DNA from: an uncultured archaeon
GTDB lineage: Archaea; Iainarchaeota; Iainarchaeia; Iainarchaeales; Iainarchaeaceae
Assembly: GCA_964577555.1 (NCBI GenBank)
Contig: CAZNZM010000009.1
Coordinates: 7,379-39,378 of the forward strand
Direction of reading: 5' to 3'
Length of the DNA: 32,000 bases
The position numbers were made by a program, and so were the translations under genes. The notes below the pieces were generated by a model. It was not told the DNA's origin. It worked only from the letters and a program-made list of their open reading frames with translations, and did no database searches. Positions 25,301-32,000 of this stretch are shown here, piece by piece (the stretch's first letter is position 1; the number at the start of each line of letters is the position of its first letter).

Positions 25301-25332
25301 ACACAACCAAAGTTGTTTTTGGTTGTGTGATG
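25301..25332 (+). promoter_or_regulatory. 23S-leader hairpin ACACAACCAAA-GTTGTT-TTTGGTTGTGT followed by TGATG (copy 2 of the leader motif)
   Basis: Perfect 11-bp stem (25301-25311 / 25318-25328) with TGATG at 25328-25332. It shares the identical 18-nt core with 23332-23349. Confidence 0.6.
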
Positions 25333-25362
25333 GAGCTGATGGCATTCCCAATGCCTTTGGCT

Positions 25363-25396
25363 GTGAAGTCGTGCATAGGCAGACCCGTCGATTTAA

Positions 25397-25403
<7 letters not shown>
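25363..25403 (+). other. pre-23S processing stem, 5' strand, with BHB-like motif
   Basis: GATTTAAGAGTTCT (25390-25403) pairs perfectly over 14 bp with 28361-28374. A 3-nt bulge (25387-25389) is followed by 4 bp ACCC/GGGT (25383-25386 / 28375-28378), a 3-nt bulge on the other strand (28379-28381) and 4 further bp. GTCGTGCATA (25368-25377) is also perfectly complementary to 28502-28511. Confidence 0.75.
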
Positions 25404-28360
<2,957 letters not shown>

Positions 28361-28368
<8 letters not shown>

Positions 28369-28386
28369 TAAATCGGGTTTCATGTC
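28361..28386 (+). other. pre-23S processing stem, 3' strand (inner part)
   Basis: Complement of 25378-25403 with the BHB-like 3-4-3 geometry described for the 5' strand. Confidence 0.75.
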
Positions 28387-28453
28387 ACCTTCTTTCTTTT
28401 CAAGAAAAGAAAAAAGCTGAACCAAAAAAAAAGAAAATGGTTCGGCTTGGTGG

Positions 28454-28498
28454 CCCAAAAAAGAAAAACGTAAATCTAATTAATTTTTCTTTTTTGGG
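28454..28498 (+). terminator. perfect 15-bp hairpin ending in a T-run, in the 23S trailer; candidate rRNA-operon terminator or structural element
   Basis: CCCAAAAAAGAAAAA (28454-28468) and TTTTTCTTTTTTGGG (28484-28498) are exact reverse complements with a 15-nt loop. The T-rich 3' arm plus the following GTTTTA fit archaeal oligo-T termination signals. Confidence 0.45.
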
Positions 28499-28712
28499 TT
28501 TTATGCACGACATCAATCACATCATTTTTGACTTAGCCGCCAGGCTGGTTGAACCAAAAAAGAAAAAAAACTTCTCGGTTTAGTGGTGAAAATAATTTGA
28601 TTGCAGAACGGTAGCAAGGTTATCGGATTTTGAGGGTGTTTATTTGTTGGCTTCTATAAAAGTCAAATTGTAGATATTATTAGGCATAATTTGTTGAAAA
28701 AGCGATTTCAAA

Positions 28713-30056
28713 TTATTTTGGCGGCGAGGCCTCAATCACAGCATATGAATTCAGCTCATTCAGGTCGTCAATACGGACTTCTTTTATGAGCAAGTTATCT
28801 GCAAGGTATTCACCAAAAAATGTGTTCAAGGTCTCGCCTTCGCACCCAGCTGCTATTAGGATTATGTTTCCGTTTTCCGCAATGCCGATGTCCGCGCATT
28901 TTTTCTTTTCAATAATATTTTCCCCAGTGTACATGGTGTATTCATGCCCAATTTCCTTGGTAGAAAATAGCAGGATTGACATGGTTTTATTAGCATAATT
29001 CCCATTGCCTCGCACATAATACCAGCGATCCAACCCACTTTTCCGTAAAGTTGCCTTTTCTCCCGCAACTATGGTTTTTTCTTCAATCATTTTTTCTTCA
29101 ATCAACTTTTGATTTGAATTTGTGATTGGCCCGTTGGCAAGGTAATTTTTCTTCGGGATGAAAACAAACCCTATTGAAACTATTAACATGAAAATAAAGA
29201 GTGAAACTATAACTCTTCTTATCCAAGCATTTTCATCACTTTTTCCCGAAAAATTTTTATTAATGTACTGTATAAAATGCCTATATCTTCCTTCCCGTAG
29301 CCATTGACCAGATGTCTGATTATAATATTCAGTTATTATATTGCCATTATTCACAATTGTCCTTGTAGGTGTTTTTGAATCAATTATCATGATATTTTTT
29401 AATGGTTTTCCATTAGAAGACTGAATAAATTGTTCCACTTTTGAAAAACCCTGCAACTTGTCAAGAGAATCCTTTAAAATTAAAAATGAATTTTCTAAAG
29501 CATAACTTGTAGTGTCTAAAGTTGATACTATTTCTAATACTATTTCTAACGTATTCGATCCTTCCAAAATTGAAATTTTTTTTATTGAACTATAAGGAAT
29601 AATTTTGTTCGTTAAATTGTTTTTTTTTATAACCACGCTGTCGCTAGTAAAACTTACATATTCGGCTTTTTCTTCTTTGAAAATTCCTTTTGGGATAATA
29701 ATCGCAAATATTAAAGTAGCCAGAAAAAAGAAAAGATAAAAAGGCTGTTTATTTATTGCAATCCAACCAAAAACAATTAGTACTATAAAGCCAACAAAAA
29801 ACATTGTAAATCCACCAACCAAATTTACGTTTTTATAGCTTAGTTTATTTTCTTTATTTTGTAGAAGAGCAAGAAGCCCAAAACAAAAAAATGTTGAACC
29901 AAAAAATAGACTCGGCAAAAGCCGTTCCATTGGCAAGCCTAAAAATTGGAATCCCATTTCAACAAATATTGAAATGAATGTCATTGCAAATGATAAAAAG
30001 CCCAAAAATCCGATTTTTTCTATAAATTTTTCATATAGTGAACTTGTCTTAAACAT
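28713..30056 (-). CDS. hypothetical multi-pass membrane protein with a possible cytoplasmic bPH-like segment and a C-terminal extracytoplasmic domain
   Basis: About 4-5 N-terminal TM helices are followed by FTSDSVVIKKNNLTNKIIPYSSIKKISILEGSNTLEIVLE, a bacterial-PH-like pattern (tentative). A further TM (VIVSLFIFMLIVSIGFVFI) and a roughly 140-aa C-terminal domain follow. ATG 30056 is preferred; the ORF opens at TTG 30101. No family was recognised. Confidence 0.55.
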   Translation of the reverse strand: MFKTSSLYEKFIEKIGFLGFLSFAMTFISIFVEMGFQFLGLPMERLLPSLFFGSTFFCFGLLALLQNKENKLSYKNVNLVGGFTMFFVGFIVLIVFGWIAINKQPFYLFFFLATLIFAIIIPKGIFKEEKAEYVSFTSDSVVIKKNNLTNKIIPYSSIKKISILEGSNTLEIVLEIVSTLDTTSYALENSFLILKDSLDKLQGFSKVEQFIQSSNGKPLKNIMIIDSKTPTRTIVNNGNIITEYYNQTSGQWLREGRYRHFIQYINKNFSGKSDENAWIRRVIVSLFIFMLIVSIGFVFIPKKNYLANGPITNSNQKLIEEKMIEEKTIVAGEKATLRKSGLDRWYYVRGNGNYANKTMSILLFSTKEIGHEYTMYTGENIIEKKKCADIGIAENGNIILIAAGCEGETLNTFFGEYLADNLLIKEVRIDDLNELNSYAVIEASPPK

Positions 30057-30233
30057 TATAACATAACCACATTGCGAATATAAAAATTTATTCAAAAACA
30101 AGGTTCTCAGAATTATACTGCCGCGTTTGGGATATGATTTTTATACAACTTTGCAGTTTGATTTTAACATGAGACTAAAGCCAAAAAAGCAAACTCCAAA
30201 AAAAATGATGCAAAAAAAGTAAGAATTAAACCT

Positions 30234-30473
30234 TTGAGAGTTTATACTTTGGCCGGCAGGATTGAGGCTGGGCTTAGGCAGTTGAAAGAATATGTTAGGG
30301 AGATGAGCTTGGCTGATTCGTCATATCATGGACTTGGCGAGAAAGAAGATGCTCGCCTGAGAGAAATAGAGAAAGCATTGCTTGAAAACAGAAAGGTTTC
30401 TGAAGAAGTTGCAAAGCAAATGTTAAATGACATACTTGCAATAATGGCTAAACATGGATTATTGAAAAAATGA
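30234..30473 (+). CDS. hypothetical small helical protein
   Basis: The 79-aa ORF opens with TTG; an internal ATG at 30303 (Met24, MSLADSS...) would give 56 aa. There is no competing ORF on the other strand. GC is somewhat above neighbouring genes. No family was recognised. Confidence 0.4.
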   Translation: MRVYTLAGRIEAGLRQLKEYVREMSLADSSYHGLGEKEDARLREIEKALLENRKVSEEVAKQMLNDILAIMAKHGLLKK

Positions 30474-30588
30474 CATCTTTTATAAAATTTTAGAAAAATA
30501 TTATTTTAATGTTTACTTAAATTTCAATTAAAATAAATTTATAATAAAATCAATCAAAGCGATTTTTATTTGGCTGATTTTTTGTTTT

Positions 30589-31737
30589 TTAGTATAAGTA
30601 CAATTTTAAGTTTCCCTCAGAAATTTCTGTTGAAAAATTTTTTAATAAAATTTTTTTGTTGAAAAATCCGCTGAGAAGTCCTGAAAGCAGACCGCGATAG
30701 TAGTAGTAGTTTATTTTGTCGTATTTTTCTAAGTATGGGTAATAATTTGTCTGTATTTCAAGCAAATCAGATTTTTTTAGGATTAGTGTGTCGCCAAATC
30801 CTAGTGCAGCTAATAGGTCTGGTATGAAAGTTGTGTATTCGTTGTCTATTTCTTTGCTTGCTATTTCGGCGCCTTGTTGGAATGCAGAGTCAAATATTAT
30901 TTGTCCGAATTTCTTGTCTTCTTTTCCAAGGAGTTCCATTGTGTAAAGCAATTCTATGCCTGTAAAGCAGTATCTGTCGTTGTTGAGGCTGAGTTTGTTT
31001 TCGTTGAAGTCAAAGAATCCTGTGGATATTAGTTTTTGCATTGATGTATTTGAATATTCAAGTTTTTTTGGTGAATTCATTTGGGTGTATGTTTCGTCTA
31101 TTTTGAATGATATTTTTGCTGTTTCGTTGAAGTGTTTTAGTCCTTGTTTGTCCAGCCATGTTGCCGGGCCCATGATTACTTTGCATGTTTGGGCTCCTTT
31201 GCCTATGCATTGTGTTTGTGTTGATTGTACTGTTTGATCTTGTGTTATGTATTGCCATCCTCCGCCTATGTTTCCGCTTGTGAATGCGTGTCCCAATCCA
31301 TTTTTGTTGCATACTATGTGGTTTCCAAAGTCTATTGTTGCTGTTTTTGTTTTTAGGTTGTATGAGTAATCAACAAATTCTCCCCACGTTACTCCCATGA
31401 AGGCTGAGTAGAATACTATAAAGTCGTCTATTGTTTTTTCGTGGTCTATTCCTAGCCTTGGTATTGCAAACGAGTTGCAGTATGCGTTGCCGTAATTTAT
31501 TCCTATTGAATAAGCTATTTTGTCGCCTTTTTCTCCGAGTTTTTCATGTAATTTTGTTTCAAGGTTTGCCATAAATTTTTCAGAGTAAAAAATGTTTCTT
31601 TGATTTATTTTTTCCCCTTTCCAATTGTTTTTTACTATGACAAAACCGGGTATGTCTATTGTTATGAGTCTCGGAATTACGGCGTTTTTGAGAAACCATC
31701 CAACTAAATCATTTTTTATGCGCATATCATGATTCAC
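30589..31737 (-). CDS. tandem V4R-like (4-vinyl-reductase-type small-molecule-binding) domain protein, tentative
   Basis: 382 aa. The first half ends with NHIVCNKNGLGHAFTSGNIGGGWQYIT...TQCIGKGAQTCKVIMG, resembling the V4R signature (C...G..aG.....E..C.a.G...C.f.i). The second half (LSLNNDRYCFTGIELLYTMELLG...YYRGLLSGLLSGFF) repeats the pattern without the cysteines. The GTG start overlaps the stop of the upstream KaiC-like gene (GTGA). Confidence 0.5.
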   Translation of the reverse strand: MNHDMRIKNDLVGWFLKNAVIPRLITIDIPGFVIVKNNWKGEKINQRNIFYSEKFMANLETKLHEKLGEKGDKIAYSIGINYGNAYCNSFAIPRLGIDHEKTIDDFIVFYSAFMGVTWGEFVDYSYNLKTKTATIDFGNHIVCNKNGLGHAFTSGNIGGGWQYITQDQTVQSTQTQCIGKGAQTCKVIMGPATWLDKQGLKHFNETAKISFKIDETYTQMNSPKKLEYSNTSMQKLISTGFFDFNENKLSLNNDRYCFTGIELLYTMELLGKEDKKFGQIIFDSAFQQGAEIASKEIDNEYTTFIPDLLAALGFGDTLILKKSDLLEIQTNYYPYLEKYDKINYYYYRGLLSGLLSGFFNKKILLKNFSTEISEGNLKLYLY

Positions 31738-32000
31738 AGGCTGAGAATTGACAATCCTTTTTCATTTATTTCCAGATCGTATCTTCCGCCTGGTGTGTCA
31801 GTGTGACGCATTTTGCATATTTCTATTGTTCTCACTCTTTTTTTTCCCATTGCTGTTGATGAAAGCAATAGAACTCCGTCGCACAGGAATTCAGATACTG
31901 TGTCTCTGCTTAATCCGTTTGAACCTTCCACTCTTTCACTTGTAACTATTGCTGTTGCTTTTGCTTTTGATATTACTTTGAATATTTTTTTTATTTTTAG
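31734..32000 (-). CDS. KaiC-like / RecA-superfamily ATPase, C-terminal part (gene continues beyond the window)
   Basis: The frame is open to the window edge. Translation is ...LKIKKIFKVISKAKATAIVTSERVEGSNGLSRDTVSEFLCDGVLLLSSTAMGKKRVRTIEICKMRHTDTPGGRYDLEINEKGLSILSL. The pattern TSE...g.s...eefl.DGVi.L....g.kr.R.l.i.KMR.t.......y.f.I...Gi is typical of archaeal single-domain KaiC-like ATPases. Confidence 0.65.
   Translation of the reverse strand, partial: LKIKKIFKVISKAKATAIVTSERVEGSNGLSRDTVSEFLCDGVLLLSSTAMGKKRVRTIEICKMRHTDTPGGRYDLEINEKGLSILSL

Noticed and set aside
28438-28556. 5S rRNA downstream of 23S
   Set aside because: The size (about 119 nt) and closing helix are suggestive. However, none of the conserved 5S loop and helix sequences (for example the CCGAAC...GGAAGUUAAGC-type region) are present, and the interior is almost pure A/T hairpin. 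It is reported as an unknown structured element, not as 5S.

Overview
Visibly AT-rich, tightly packed archaeal chromosome segment; a DPANN-type lineage is inferred, not demonstrated. Archaeal hallmarks are FEN1, NadM-type NMN adenylyltransferase, a DGGGP-synthase-like UbiA prenyltransferase, ribosomal proteins eL40 and eL41, and an archaeal-type 16S.

Layout:
- 0.2-17.7 kb: housekeeping and cofactor genes. These include an MgtA-like P-type ATPase, nadC-nadM, pdxS-pdxT, fen1, an Fe-ADH, folC, thiamine pyrophosphokinase plus thiBPQ, and an overlapping pcm / HTH-regulator / UbiA operon.
- 17.8-20 kb: eL40, tRNA-Glu(UUC), an orphan ORF, a YhhQ-type preQ0/preQ1 transporter and eL41. eL40 and eL41 are both too short for the supplied ORF track.
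- 20-22.8 kb: three glycosyltransferases.
- 23.0-28.6 kb: a GC-rich 16S-tRNAAla(UGC)-23S operon with no recognisable 5S.
- 28.7-32 kb: an orphan membrane protein, a small ORF, a tandem V4R-like protein, and the 3' part of a KaiC-like ATPase running off the window.

Most interesting signals:
- Bulge-helix-bulge (3-4-3) processing stems can be drawn by hand around both 16S and 23S.
- An identical 18-nt hairpin core followed by TGATG sits upstream of both stems.
- A structured multi-hairpin 23S trailer occupies the slot where 5S would sit. It has a perfect 10-bp complementarity back to the 23S leader.
- A KaiC-like ATPase is translationally coupled to the tandem V4R-like protein.
- The ORF next to tRNA-Glu may be split by an A9 homopolymer frameshift.

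No CRISPR array, intact mobile element or recognisable defence system was seen. All ORFs inside the rRNA operon are treated as spurious.
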